A stretch of 64,000 bases of DNA. It comes from Octopus vulgaris (lineage: Eukaryota). Below, piece by piece: positions 28,026 through 41,230 of the stretch. The position numbers and the translations under genes are program-made. Position 1 is the stretch's first letter. Each line of letters begins with the position of its first letter. The notes under the pieces were generated by a model. The model searched no databases, was not told where the DNA came from, and was given only the letters and a program-made list of their open reading frames with translations. The stretch is taken from positions 42,160,001 through 42,224,000 of the forward strand of contig OX597815.1 of the NCBI GenBank assembly GCA_951406725.2. Reading direction: 5' to 3'.

Positions 28026-28379
28026 ATATTAATACATTGTTTTATATTGACATATATTCTAATACTTTATATGAAGATAAATAGCACATCGTAACATTCA
28101 TGTTTTTTTTTTTTATGTTAGTGAACTTGGCAGTGAAATATTATTTCGTTGCAATAAAACGTATTGAAACATTAAGTATGAGTATTTAAGTTAAATATAT
28201 TATATAAGGAGGAATGATCAACGCTACCTTAAAGGGATTTTGAATTAAAACACAAGTTTTGTGAAAAGAAAACTTGTGGTAGACGGGAGATCGCAGCTTT
28301 GAGTTGAATTACACCACTTTTCTATTATGTATACTGAAAAATATAACACTTTACTAGTTATGTTCGACAATTATATTGA

Positions 28380-29420
28380 TCAATGATAGAACCCGTATGT
28401 AGGTATAGCTTTTCCAAAGAATAGTTGAGGATAACGCCACAAATCCACGTTGTACCTAACTGCAAGCTGACAAATTATAACTGTGTGGCGGATGTTCTCT
28501 ACACATATATAATTTATTCGTCGTAGTAGTAAATACCAAGGACACGATATGATTAGTTCTTTTTCTTGGTTATTTTTGGCGAATGAAATTGCTTCGTCTG
28601 GCATGAGGTTCGCCCTTAAGACTGATACAGAGAAGAATTTAGCCAATTTGGAGCACGCATACTGATATTTCGCTAAACAAAGCAGAGTTACGTTGTTGCT
28701 GTCAGAATCATTTCTAGTCATTTTGAAGACAGTGGCTATTCAACCATATCGATATTGTTATCAGATATCATAGCAGTCTTCTTCAGAACGATACCAACCG
28801 TCGTTAACGGGTTTGGAAATACACGTCGCCTCATTGTGAGCCTAAAACCTGACTACGCGACATCTAGCACGTCTCCAACAGATCAATTCGAATAACAGTT
28901 GGCTTTCATAACTAGTGCAACAGCTAGCTTACGAAGTGCTTCACCGGAGAAACTAGATATCTCTTTCTTCGAATTATAGATATTTCAATTATTAATTTGC
29001 TTACAATGGTTTGAGAGACGCTGCACACTATCGGTGCCTTGTTTGCAGAGGCGAAAAACTTATTAACATCAGTATCATGCATTATTTTTCCTTCAGTGTG
29101 ATTAAAAATACAGCTGACTGAATTTGTTTTGAATAGACACAAACCTTACATTTTCGACAAGAGGAAACAGAATGTTATGATATTCATTTGTTTTTTTGTT
29201 TGTTTTTGTCATGACATTAGTTAATTTTCCAGTGAGAATCAACGTTACCCACATTTTCGACTCGTTGAGTGTTTACTTCCTCTTCTCTCTACGAATATTT
29301 CAAGTATCAGTCAATATCAACATCACTCTCACGAAGTATAAATTCACATTTAAGAAGAAAAAAAAAATGCATTATTTGCTTCCAAAGGTATGGTGAAATT
29401 TCTGGCATCACTTCCGTCTT
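28380..29420 (-). pseudogene. Decayed ABCA-type ABC transporter NBD (likely processed pseudogene)
   Basis: Ordered motifs across frames: ILTGKL; GLCLF..FFASANKAP..IVSKLI; signature SFSGEALRKLAVALV (rc 28907-28954); KPTVIRID (Walker B); SGFRLTMRRRVF; KKTAMISDNNIDMVE; LLCLAKYQYACSK. Confidence 0.6.
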
Positions 29421-29457
29421 ACTGATTTGTTACGTTTTATTTTCAACCACATTTAAA

Positions 29458-29930
29458 GCAGATGTTATTTTTATGTTTGACAATTCTAGAGGAATTAGAA
29501 GATACCAATTTCCAAACCTAAAACAATTTTTCACTCATTGATCGTATTATTGCCGTTAAACCAAACGGAAACCTGCAATGGTATTGCCACTTTAATTAAA
29601 AGCCATACTATCGCATTTCATCCGAACAAGTTTGTAAATAGAAAGCAAATTGATCGAAATTTTAGTGGGAATGAATAAAATTTTAAAGGTCCTTTATTTA
29701 TTAAAATTTTTAATTCGTTGCTTTTGGAATGTTGAAAACAAGATACGCAGAGAGGCGAGGTTCTCCTACCTTGGTGGAATTTGATTCTTGACAATAACGC
29801 AATGAATTAAAAAAGGATCTGTTGTACAAGGAACCTCAAAGATGCCGGTGCTAAAAAATGCTTTAGTTTTATGAGATTTTATAAACAAATTGTGTGCAAT
29901 TCTGATGAAAAAATGTTTCTTTGATTCAAG
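29458..29930 (+). pseudogene. Decayed vWA-domain exon
   Basis: ADVIFMFDNSRGIRRYQFPNLKQFF (MIDAS-like DxSxS region); GIATL..IAFHPNKFVNRKQI; NLKDAGAK; frameshifts and stops. Confidence 0.65.
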
Positions 29931-30849
29931 GTTTATTGTATATTATTGTTGTTGTTGTTTTGTTGCTGCTATTATTACTAGGGCGATAGAAAGCAAAGTC
30001 TATGAATTCAATGTCTTCGGTGTATATAGTTACGTCTTCTCACGTTCCGAGTTTTAAACCCGTCGGGATTGACTTAGCGTTACGTTGCAGGGTAGATAAA
30101 GCAATAACAATTAAATAGTAGGGCTGATATCCTCTATATGCGTTTGTGCCGGCTTTGTATGAACCAACTTTTAATTCCTATTCGTCGGTACATTTTCATT
30201 CATCTCCTGGCACATGTCACAACTTCCAGTGGAACGGTTTATTTGCTATTTTACTTTTTTCGTGCGAGATCTTTGGATTCTCGTAGATTTTATTTTTCTG
30301 TAATGATTTTGCATGTCTTTCTAGTCCCAGCAATCGCTCTGTTATAGACTTTTTGAAGCTGTTGTTACTACCGTAGTCGGAGCGGTGGTGTGGTAGTAGT
30401 GTTGGTTGTGAAACCCAGCTGCCATTTCGCTTTCCCATTTCACTTGAACAGACAAGTTTTCGTCATTGAAAACAGTAGGGTTGACCTTAATTTTCGTCTC
30501 TCTCGGCGTTGTTCATAGTGATGTTGTTCTTTGCTTCAATGCTGTCTAGAGCCAACACACACACCCCACATACACACACCCACACCCCACACACTCTCAC
30601 TTGCAATTCTTCCAAAAAAATTCGGATAAAGACAATTTCTTTTTGTCTTGGCGAGTAAAACTGTCAAGGCAAGCAGCAGCTTTATTGCTTCTACTATAAC
30701 TTCCTCAAAACACTCATTTTCAAATGTCAAACTTGTTGACAGGAGAGACAAAAAAATCGTTTGACCACATTGCCGACACTAGTGAAAACACCCCACCCCA
30801 CCCCACCCCCATTACTATCACTACAAATACTAATAATAATTATTTCTAC

Positions 30850-31200
30850 TATAGGCACAAGGCCTGAAATTTGGGGGAGAGGGCTAGCCGATTAGATCTA
30901 CCCCAGTGCTCAACTGATATTTATTTGATCGGCCCCGAAAAGATGAAAGCAAAGTCGAGCCCGACGGAATTTGAACTCAGAACGTAGAGACGGACGAAAT
31001 GCCGCTAAGCATTTTGCTCAGCATGATAAACAAATAACAATATTAATAATAATAATAATTTCTATTATTAATGCAAGACCAACAATTTTGAGGGAAGGGT
31101 TTAACTGATTAAATTAACCTAAATTCTAACTTTGGATGCTACTTTATCGATTCCGAAATGACGGAAGGTGAAATTTGAACTCAGAACATACCGCTAATTT
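30850..31200 (-). mobile_element. SINE family C, two diverged copies
   Basis: GGAATTTGAACTCAGAACG..GAAATGCCGCTAAGC. Confidence 0.7.
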
Positions 31201-31214
31201 GCTGCTTTAATTAT

Positions 31215-31263
31215 AATTATGATGATGATGAGGATAATAATAATAATAATGATAATAATAATG

Positions 31264-31349
<86 letters not shown>
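31215..31349. repeat. (AAT)n microsatellite
   Basis: Direct repeat. Confidence 0.95.
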
Positions 31350-31350
<1 letters not shown>

Positions 31351-33294
31351 TTAAAAGAGGTGCAAGGACATATCTTGGCGCAAAATACCCAATAGAATAG
31401 AAAGGGTTCAAAACTGTTATCGAAGCCGTAAAACAATGTGTGCGGGCAGAAAATAGTAAAGGGGCAACGCTACACTGATCGCATATCGCAGTTCCAGCAA
31501 AACAGGTTATTCTCTAATAATTAGAGGCAGGTTTTTAAGAGTTTAGGAGGAGATACAGAAGATAATATACCCCTCGAAGTAGAGGAAAGCGCTCATTTTG
31601 GAATAACTGGAGACAAGAAGTTTTCCACAACCACGATGCCGAGTGAATTCATTTCGTGAGATCCGAACTCCATCGCCCGGAGTCTCCACGACAGGACCAT
31701 GTACACATAACAACTGAAAGTGTAATCGCACAGGTATCAAAACAGCCAAACTGAAAAGCGGTAGGACCAGACGGAATTCAAGACTACTGACTTAAGTGGT
31801 TTAGATCAACGCACAAACGAATTGCGTTGCCTACAAAGTGGTGCAGTTTCGGAAAGACAACATTGTTGATGAAAGATCGGTCAAAGAGCAATGAGGTTGG
31901 CAATTCGGTATCACAAAATGTGCGGTGCTCACTTAAAAACGGGGAAAAGAGCAAATTGTAGTGATATAGAATTGTCAAACGGAGAGCAAATGGAAAACCC
32001 GGATGATGATGGATACAAGTACATTAGGATCTTGGAGCTGGACAATATCTTGCACAGAGAAATGAAAGACAAGGTCATCACTGCATATTTGGATCGCCTC
32101 AAACTTCTCTTGAAGGCAAAACTCAACTCAAGGAACCTTGTGACTGCCATCAAAATATGGGCTGTTGCTATGATGCAACCATCTTAAAATGGGCACGAGC
32201 GGAGATTAACCAATTCGCTAGCACTACCCGAAAGACAATGACAATGCATGGTACCCTCCATCCCAATGTATACAGGCACTACATGATGAGGTGCAAATGT
32301 GGATGAGGTCTGATTAGCGTACGGGAGAAACATGGCAGAATATCTAGTAAATAACAAACAAATGCTGCTTATGAAGTATTTACCAAAAAAAGGACTCGTG
32401 AGTACTAATGAATTCCGACCACCAATAGCCAATGAGACAGAAGAAACTCTACTCCGCATGGAATTACATGGTCAGTTCTACCGTGAAACTAACAAATTAA
32501 AAGATCAGGAAGCACCATGGAAGTGGCTCAGCAAGGGTGACCTAAAAAGACCGAAAGCCTAATCATCACTGCCCAGGATCAGGCATTGAACACCAGCTCA
32601 GTGAAAAGGGACATATATCATACAAGTGTAACGAACCTCTGCAGAATATGTGGGAAGAGGGTCGAAAGCATGACTCACATTGTTAGTGCTTGTGAAAGTC
32701 TTGCGCAGAAAAAGTATAAGCGCAGAAACGACAAGGTAGCCCAAAACCTTCACTGGCTACTATGTTGGAAATATGGATATGAGGCACCGGGTGCTTGACA
32801 CCAATATACACTGGAAAAGGTAATAGACGAAAAGGGGAATGCAAAAATCCTCTGGGACTTTGATTCCAAGACAGGCAAGATGTTAGAACACCGAAGGCCG
32901 GATATAGTAACCTTTAGGAGGGACAAACAAGAGTGCCTAATAATCGATGTAGCAGTGCCAGGAGATTAAAATATTATCATGAAAGAAAGAGAAAAGATTG
33001 ATAAATATGGAGATCAGAGGATTGAGATCGCCAAAATGTGGCAGCTACGAGAGTCAAACATAAAGATTGTTCCTGTTGTCATCAGAGCATTGGGTTCAAT
33101 ATCACCCAACCTGAAGAAACATCTAGAATCTAGGTGTATTGCCAAAATCGGCATTACTTGGAACTGCGCGCATATTGCGTAAAGTACTGTCTGCCTGAGG
33201 TCCTTGTTGGGACCTGACAGACAGTACAAACGCCCAGTAGACATAATATCTTCATTCAACAACATCACGATATTGGACACTGTGCGACATCTTT
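31350..33294 (+). mobile_element. R4/Dong-like non-LTR retrotransposon (RT, CCHC, restriction-like endonuclease), deleted and decayed
   Basis: GYKYIRILE..YLDRLKLLLKAKLNSRN; CRICGKRVESMTHIVSAC..YKRRNDKVA; LWDF..RRPDIV..CLIIDVAVP; followed by (AAC/AAT)n. Confidence 0.85.
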
Positions 33295-33327
33295 AACAAC
33301 AACAACAACAACAACAACAATAATAAT

Positions 33328-33830
33328 ATTATGGGGCTTCCTAGTATGTACAGACCGGACCATGAAAGCAAATAAACCAGATATTGTTGTGAATGACCAA
33401 AACAATAAAGTCTGTTTATTGATTGACATGAGCATACCCTGTGACCATAATACCTCGGCAAAACAATTTGATAAGCTCAGAAAATATAAAGATTTGCTAA
33501 TCGAAATCGAGAAGATGTGGTATCTCAAGACGGTTACAATACCAGTGATTGTAGGAGCACTTGGAATGATCAAAAAAGGAACTGAAAATTATTTAAGAAT
33601 GATCCCTGACCTACCATCCATGCAGGAAGTGCAAAATATTGTCTTAACTGGTACACCACACGTATTGAGAAGAGCATTTTCGCCGTGAGTTTTCTTTCCG
33701 TTTTCCTCCTCTATCTTATTTGTTTACTTATTTAATTTTTTTACTTTTTCCTTTTTCTCTCTGTCTTCCCCTTTTTCTTTATCACATGACTTTTTAAATG
33801 AACAATCTGGTGTGTTTATTTTAATGGCCT
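33328..33830 (+). mobile_element. Second R4/Dong-like 3' fragment (RLE domain)
   Basis: ANKPDIVVND..CLLIDMSIPCD..KYKDLLIEIEKMW..IPVIVGALG. Confidence 0.85.
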
Positions 33831-33949
33831 ACTAATGTATACAATACGTTTCTCTACCCTAGGTCTCAGGAAGACACTTGATAAGAAATGGAAACAGTAT
33901 TGAAAGAATTGAAAGAAGATGCTAATGAAAATGATAATAACAATAATGG

Positions 33950-36540
33950 TATGAAAAAAAACCACAGAGAGTGGTGGAGTAGGAGACTTGCAAAATCCTC
34001 TGGGATTTCCCAATCCAAACAGATCAGGTGCTAGCGCATAACAGAGCGGACCTAGTGGTGGTCGACAAAGTGCACCACATGTGATATATAGTTGATATTA
34101 CGTGCTTCTTTGACCCACGAATAGTTAAGAAGGAAGGCGAAAAATAGATAAATGTAACCCTATTAAGTACGAAATAGCTCGGCTATGGAAAATGAAGATG
34201 GTGAAGATAGTGCCAATTATTGTTGGGTTCTACCAAGAACTTAGTTAAAATAAAATAGGGATCAATGCAGCACCCGCAGCAAGAGAAATGGAAGGATTTT
34301 GGAAAGACATATGGGCAGCAAAGGAACTATTCCAGAAAAGGTCAGCACCTTAACATATCAGGATACCTATAACAACAGAAGAGGTAACCCAACAACTGAA
34401 AAGCACCAGGGTAAAACAAGATTTCCAATTTCTGGCTAAAATATTTAATTGGGACACACAAAGTGCTGGTAGAGCAGTTCAACGAGATACTAACGGAGCC
34501 AAAAACAACACCTGAATGACTCACTGAAAATATAAAAAAAAATATTATTCCGAAAAGCTACAGACCCATGACATGTCTCCACACAATCTACAAAACGTTA
34601 ACTGCAATAACATCGCAGAGAATGAGCAAACACCCGGAAGAAAACATATTTCCAGAAGAGCAGAAGGGATGTTGCAAAGGTTCATATGGCTGTAAAGACC
34701 AGTTATTGATCCACAAAGCGATAACTGAAGGGTGTAAGCTTAGCTTGGATCGATTACCAGATGGCTTTTGATGAACAAGATAGCGCTAACAACAATAATA
34801 TGTGTAAAACCTGTCACGAATAAATGACAGACAGTTCTGCAGCTACAAACTAGAGGGAATCATAAAAGCTAAAAACATCTCGATTAGAAGAGAAATAGTC
34901 CAAAGAGAGTCGCTCTGACGCCTTTAACTGACGTGCTAAACAGAACTGAATATGGATGCAACTGCTATGGTAAAAAATAAACCATCTCTGGTACATGGAT
35001 GATTTCGAGCTATAAACTTCAAATGATAAACGACTAGAAACATTACTATAGACTGTGCATAGTTTTCCCAAAGAAATGAATATGAAATTCGGCTTAGAAA
35101 AATGAGCCAAACTAACTTTGAAAAGAGGAAAACTGCTGAAGAATAACAATATCACACTAAATAAAGAAATTGAAATAAACAAATGAGATCGAACTCAGAC
35201 ATACAAATACATAGGAATCAATGAAAGAGAAGATAAGGAAGGAATATTATAGAAGATAAGGAAGGAATATTATAAGAATATTATATTATAGAAGGAATAT
35301 TAGATAAGATAATACAGTATCAATACTCTAGCTGTCCCAGATATAAGTTACAATAACAATATTCTTAACTGGACAATAATTGAACTGGTCAAACTAGACA
35401 GAAAAACAAGAAAATTAATGTCGATATTTAGAATACACCACCCAAAATCTGACATCGAAAGGTTATATATACAACAAACTGAATGTGGTAGAGGCTTTAT
35501 ACAATTAGAAAATTACTATAGAATATTCCCCGTAGGACTACAGAAAAATCTAACTCAGAACAGAAGAAAACAGGTACAAATATCTACAAAACATGAGAAA
35601 AAAAAAACTGTTTTCAGATACCATCAACAAGGACCACCAAGAACACCGAATAAACGCATCGCATGTAGAGAGTGAAAGAAGGAGTTGAAAAAGAATGGAA
35701 GGATAAACTTATGCACGAGCATAAACTAAAGATTAAATAGGCATTGTTTGGGATAAAAGTCGGTCGTAACTTAGAAATGGTAATTTTAAAGGATGCAGTG
35801 AAGCTCTTGTGTGCAACATTCATGAGCAGGCTCTCCGGACTAACTACATTAAACAATATGCTGACAAAACAAACGAATCAACAAAACTTTATGTAGTATG
35901 TGTGGAACTAAAGGAGAAACGGTCAACCGTCTTGTAAGCGAATGTATTAAGTTGGCAGAGCGAGAGTATAAAAGGTAACATGATAATGTTGCCAAATATA
36001 TCCACTGGATGGTGCCTGAGAAATGTGGGTATGCCAGAGCAGCTAAATGGCATAAGTAGAAACCAGCAGGAGTGCTAGAGAATGGCAAATTTAAGCTTTT
36101 GTAGGACTTCACCATTCAATGTGATAGAATGTTTGAAGCAGGAAGGTTGGACATTGTATTTGCCAAGAAGAAAGAAAAGGAGGCCCATATTATCGATATC
36201 TATGCCCAAGGAGATAGTAGAGTGAAAGATAAAGAGCATGAAAAGATGGAGAAGTATGAACCACTGAAGGAGGATGCTGGTAATTCGTGGGGGATGAAGG
36301 TTTTAGTGATTTCCGTAGTGATCGGAGCATTGAGATGCATATCGGACAATTTTGAGGACTGTATAAACAAAATCCAAATTGATGCAAGTTCATGCAGAAG
36401 ATAGCATCGCCTAGTGCAGCAAGGATTTCTAAGCAAGTCTTTTCTTTGTAAAGCACAGGAGAGGAAGCAATAAGGGACATTTGTCAACTTGTTGATTGCT
36501 TCCTAACTGAAAATTTCGGACCGTTTAAGTGTCTGAGATT
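33950..36540 (+). mobile_element. Further stacked R4/Dong-like fragments (RLE, RT, CCHC-RLE)
   Basis: ILWDFPIQTDQ..RADLVVVD; EEQKGCCKGSYGCKDQLLI; NHLWYMDD; HHPKSDIERLY; CSMCGTKGETVNRLVSEC; ends in (AAC)n. Confidence 0.8.
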
Positions 36541-37458
36541 TAAACAACAACAACAACAACAACGACAGTAATTATAATTGTGAAAATTGTAATAAAATAG
36601 TGAAAGCTTTTCCATTAACATAAATGATGAACTGATTTGAGTATTTTCTCAGCCTTAGCCGAAAGTAAATAATTTGTTAATCACTTGTATGATTATCCAC
36701 ATAATAAAGGTTTCCTATGCAATTTTAGCTATAACTGTCATAGCATTTTCATATTTCTCTCCAATGGTATATTCATATTAAAAAGCACTTCAAATACTTC
36801 TATACGACAATAACAAAAGCTAGTCTTTCACAATTTCATTGTTTTACTAACAATTAAGAAAAAATTCTTCTTATGTTTCTAATTATAAATATTCGCCAGT
36901 TTAGTTGCTTAAAGAAATGCCTAATCGTGACAAAATAGAATAGAATATCCAAAGAATTGTTGAACAAAAATTACTGTGATTTGACAAAAATAAACAAAAT
37001 TAAAAAAATCTTTCTAATTACTTCATATGAATTTCAAGATTTCAAATTAATTTTCAAGAGGTCAGTATTTTAGATTTTATTTATAGATCAATTGTTTAAT
37101 TGATTAATTAGTGCAGTCATATTTTGAGTAAACTATTTGCCCTTTAATCTGAAATGTTTTGCTTCACCAAAACATTAGGAGTATTCATATTACGTTTATG
37201 AATTTGTGATGCAAGATTCCTGATGTGAAACCGTGTGTTGAAACATATATTGATATATATCGGAATGGTCATTTATTTTTGGCCAAATAAACACACGCAC
37301 TCTATATTTGTTCTTCATTTGTTTATTACTGTTCTTATTTTATCTTATGTCCATTGTCTGGAAATCTTTAGTCACACATCTGTGATCTCTTCAGCGATCC
37401 TTTCCGTCCACTTGTATCTTCCTGCTCTGGTTAGTCCATTTTGTCCTTCTATCATATA

Positions 37459-37850
37459 CTAGCAGTATCGCCCGGCGTTGCTCGGGTTTGTTTCGACCCT
37501 TTAGAATTGGAATTTTTGAAAAGTAAAAAATTTGCATTATGTAGCTTGTTATTCTCTTTAAGTGTGAACATTTTTCTGGTTCAAATAGACCGAAAAATGG
37601 TGACAGCAGTCAAAAAATCGTAAAAAATAGGGATTTTCATAGAAAAAAAGGACCTTTTTGATGTAAATAATTTTTGGTGTTAACATGGTCCGATTTGAAT
37701 TTTTTCTTCTACGGAAGGAAGAGCAAGCCTTCTTCTATCATACTCTCAATTTTGGTCAAATTGCGCTGCAGGGTCTCGGAGGAGATAGTGTTAGTTGAAG
37801 GCTACCAAACCTGCCATACACAGACAACTTCAGCTTTATATGTAGAGAGA
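37459..37850 (-). mobile_element. Non-autonomous Helitron, second family
   Basis: Same 3' hairpin plus CTAG terminus as 11299-11681; 5' TC; A|T insertion site; unrelated interior. Confidence 0.8.
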
Positions 37851-38139
37851 TTAAAACTAATAAAATAATTACAAATGCATATTTGATTGACCAATGCCAC
37901 GAATTATGGAATATAAACTACATGGTATCTGCGTAATGAATTAAATTGACTTCTTCAATTTTGTATTTTTGTAGTGATTAATTCAGAAATTAGGACTTGT
38001 AATCAAATTGTCGAAGTACAGAAAAAGTATTGAAGTTCGTATGTAGTTTAATTGTCTGTAAATCGAATTCTAAATGGTTTTCGAGCAGGTTCACAGAAAT
38101 ACATAAATTATTTACTCCTGCAATATAGTGAACAAGTTG

Positions 38140-38355
38140 AAAGCAGCGAATTAGCGGACGCGTTAGCAACACCGGACAAAAATGCTTAGCGACATTTCGT
38201 CCGTCTTTACGTTCTGAATTCAGATTCCATCGATGTTGACTTTGCCTTTCATCCTTTCGGGGGTCGATGAAATAAATAACAGGTGAGTAATGGAGTCAAT
38301 GTAATCGACTGGCACCCTCCCTCGAAATTGCTAGCCTTGTACCAAAATTTGAAAG
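38140..38355 (+). mobile_element. SINE family C, diverged
   Basis: GTTGACTTTGCCTTTCATCCTTTCGGGGGTCGAT. Confidence 0.75.
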
Positions 38356-38469
38356 TAATATCGTAAAAATGTTGTTAATGATGACATAAAGAAAATATAA
38401 TTTTTATTTTGTAACTGCATGTTTATGGAACGCAACTGTAAAAAGTAGAGAAGTTTAAGTATTTCGGCG

Positions 38470-39065
38470 CCGCATTCATGAGTGATGGGTGACAGGAGGC
38501 TGAATTGGATGCTAGATTTGCATGTACTAGTACAGTAATGCATGCGCTAGTTCCAGCATTCGATCCTCAGAGGAAGAGAGATTGTTAAAGGAGATAAGCT
38601 CGCTATTTTTAATTGGATTTTCGTACCTGTTCTCACCTATGGTTACGAATGCTGGGTAATGACAAAGAGTGCGATCGAGATTACAAGAGGGATTTTCCGA
38701 AGGGGCTTTACTGAAGGGGTTTTTCCGAAGGATCTTCGGATTGACTTTACTCAACAGGGTGCAAAGCTTGGAGATCAGGTAGTCGCTCCACGTCGAGCTA
38801 CAACTTCTCCGCATTGAGAGATCACAGCTCCGGCACTACGAACATGTGATTAGAATGTCACAGGAAAAAAATCGCAAGACGGATTCTTCAAACCGATTCA
38901 AACAGTAAGAGATCTAGGTGTAGACCAAGAACGAGGTGATTAGATAGTTGGTGACATCTGGGAAATCAGCCGGAAAATTTAAATGCCGTTACTTCTAATA
39001 TGGAAGAGGTGCCTGAAGTCTCTACACCAGGACCGACCCAGGAATAGGTGGCAGAAAAGATGAAT
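38470..39065 (+). mobile_element. RTE-like LINE 3' fragment
   Basis: PVLTYGYECWVMTK; FFRRIFGLTLLNRV; IERSQLRHYEHVIRM. Confidence 0.75.
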
Positions 39066-39839
39066 GGAAGTAGTAGGAAGCTGGACAAAATATTGTACAG
39101 TAATTAGTTACCCACGTTTATTTCCGCGTTCAAAAATCTTAGGAAACGATAAAGTAAGTATCAGTTAATATTTTCCCCTGTCATTTTTTTCCAAGACGTA
39201 TCTTTTCTCTAGTGTTTAGAAAGAATTAGCCTTGTTATTATTAGCACTACCATGTGCTAATAACTTTTCTTATTCTAGATTTCTGAGAATCTACAATTTT
39301 CATTAGCTGTAGCTATGCTTCGTTGGGTGAACAGAACTTTTCGTTCTGTACCCCAGACATATTGAAAAGGTAAAGCAAGTGAGAGGTATAAACTGTTTCA
39401 AGCAAATATTATATAAAATGGTAAGGCAATTATATTAATTTTATATTCATGTATTTTATTATATTTTTCCCGAGAGAAAATATATGCGAGATGGTATTTT
39501 AACTAGTTCAAGTCTGAATAAAAAATATAATTATACTTTCTCACTGGGTGATAGATCATTTAGAAATATCAAACCAAAATTTAGATCAATAAAGTTACTT
39601 GCTTCCTAAAAGTGAAATCTTAATCACTTCAAGGATATTTATTTTGAAAATATTACAAATTAAATGGCTTGCAGTAAAACTAGTTGTTTTTATTGAAATA
39701 ACTGCCGTTTTCATATCAAAATTTCGTTATTTTACTCCTTATGGCAGTATCTAAATATGCATACAGAACATATTTTTACATGATATATTTTATTGTCAAC
39801 TCCAGTTCGAGCTGAAATATTTTTTTTTTTTTTTTAGTA

Positions 39840-40300
39840 GCTGAATTTACTCGAAACGAGAAGAGTGATTTTTCAGAATGTGAAATAATTTCTAATTCAG
39901 TTGTTTAATTTATTGCCAGTGAGCTTAACGGATGTTAGAATGGGTTTTATTACTTCCAGTAAAGGCTATATAGTAGAATTTTAAACTAAACGAATATAGA
40001 AACAAAGGGTTTCATATTGAAATATTTGGTGAATTTTTATTGTAATGGTTTTAGATTTGTTAGGAAACAAATGCTGAAAGCATAATTTAAAGACAGAACA
40101 GATGTTTCTAACTTTGTAATTTAATAACCAGTCATCTTGGCGCGTGTAATCTGAAAGATACAGATGCTGTAATAATTGCTACTGGTTTCGGAGACGCTAT
40201 AACAAAATCATGAATTTAAACGAATTATGACTTCACCAGCCAAAAATTATGTTTACATCACAAAAAGACCGAATCAATTATTAAAAACGAGACAGGCATT
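39840..40300 (+). pseudogene. Decayed vWA-domain exon
   Basis: Long T tract plus AG acceptor at ~39820-39837; TDVRMGFITSS..VEF/KLNEYRNK; GFRFVRKQM..DRTDVSNFVI; NLKDTDAVIIATGFGDAI; EFKRIMTSPAKNYVY. Confidence 0.7.
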
Positions 40301-40599
40301 ATCTTAAATTCATCAAAATATCCCTATAACATAGGCACAAGCATGGCTGTGTAGTATAGGCGCGGGTATGAATGCGTGGCTAAGAAGCTTTGCAACCTCG
40401 TGGTTTCGGGTTCAATCCCACTGGACGACTCCATGGGCAAGTGTCTTCTATTATAGTCCCGAATGCCTTGTGTGTGAATTTGATAGACGGAAAGTGTCGG
40501 AAAGCTCGTTGTGTATATGAATATGATGGACCCTCCCGTCGGTTTCGACGTTTGAGGATCCGACAAACTACTTTTTCTTTGTCAGTCATAATGCTTATG

Positions 40600-41230
40600 T
40601 CGAATGTGCCATTTAAGTCCCGCCTACGATTTTCAAAGGAGCCCATAAATGCTGCAAGAATGAGGATTACAGGTCAGTGCAGGTCGTATATTTGCAACCA
40701 CTTTTCTCCTTTGCCTTGCACCCCGAAGCCTGTTAATGCTGGTTGCAACAAAGTTTCTAATACCATTTTGACACAACGATCTCCATTTTGTTCGCTCCAA
40801 AAGTTGTTCACTCAAAGATGTTGAGAGCTATCTTCACTGCTAAGAGGTTACTCTTTAGATTGTCCTTATATCTGAGCCATGGTCGACCAACATTCCTGTG
40901 CTTACTATCAAGCTAACTGTACATGAGGACTTTGGGTATTCTTTCATCACTCATTCTGATAACATGGCCAGCCCAGCGCAACTGTGACTGCATAAGGAAG
41001 CTCTCTATTCCATTAATATTACTCTCGGTAAACAGGTCGGCATTAGAAGCTATGTCTTTTAGTGAATAACCGCAGATTGTCCTGAGACAGCCTTTGTGGG
41101 AGATGTCTCTTTGGCTAATGTGTCATCTATAAGGTATCTACGATGCTGAGCTATACAAGAGAGTAGTAAGAGTTACAGCTTTATAGACCTGTACTTTGGT
41201 GTCATGTTTAATGCCCCTTTCATTCCACAT
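40600..41230 (-). mobile_element. RTE LINE 3' fragment, lying between head and tail pieces of SINE A
   Basis: WNERGIKHDTKVQVYKAVTLTTLLYS; QLRWAGHVIRM. Confidence 0.8.

Noticed and set aside
39280-39369. AG...GT bounded candidate exon
   Set aside because: Stops in all three frames
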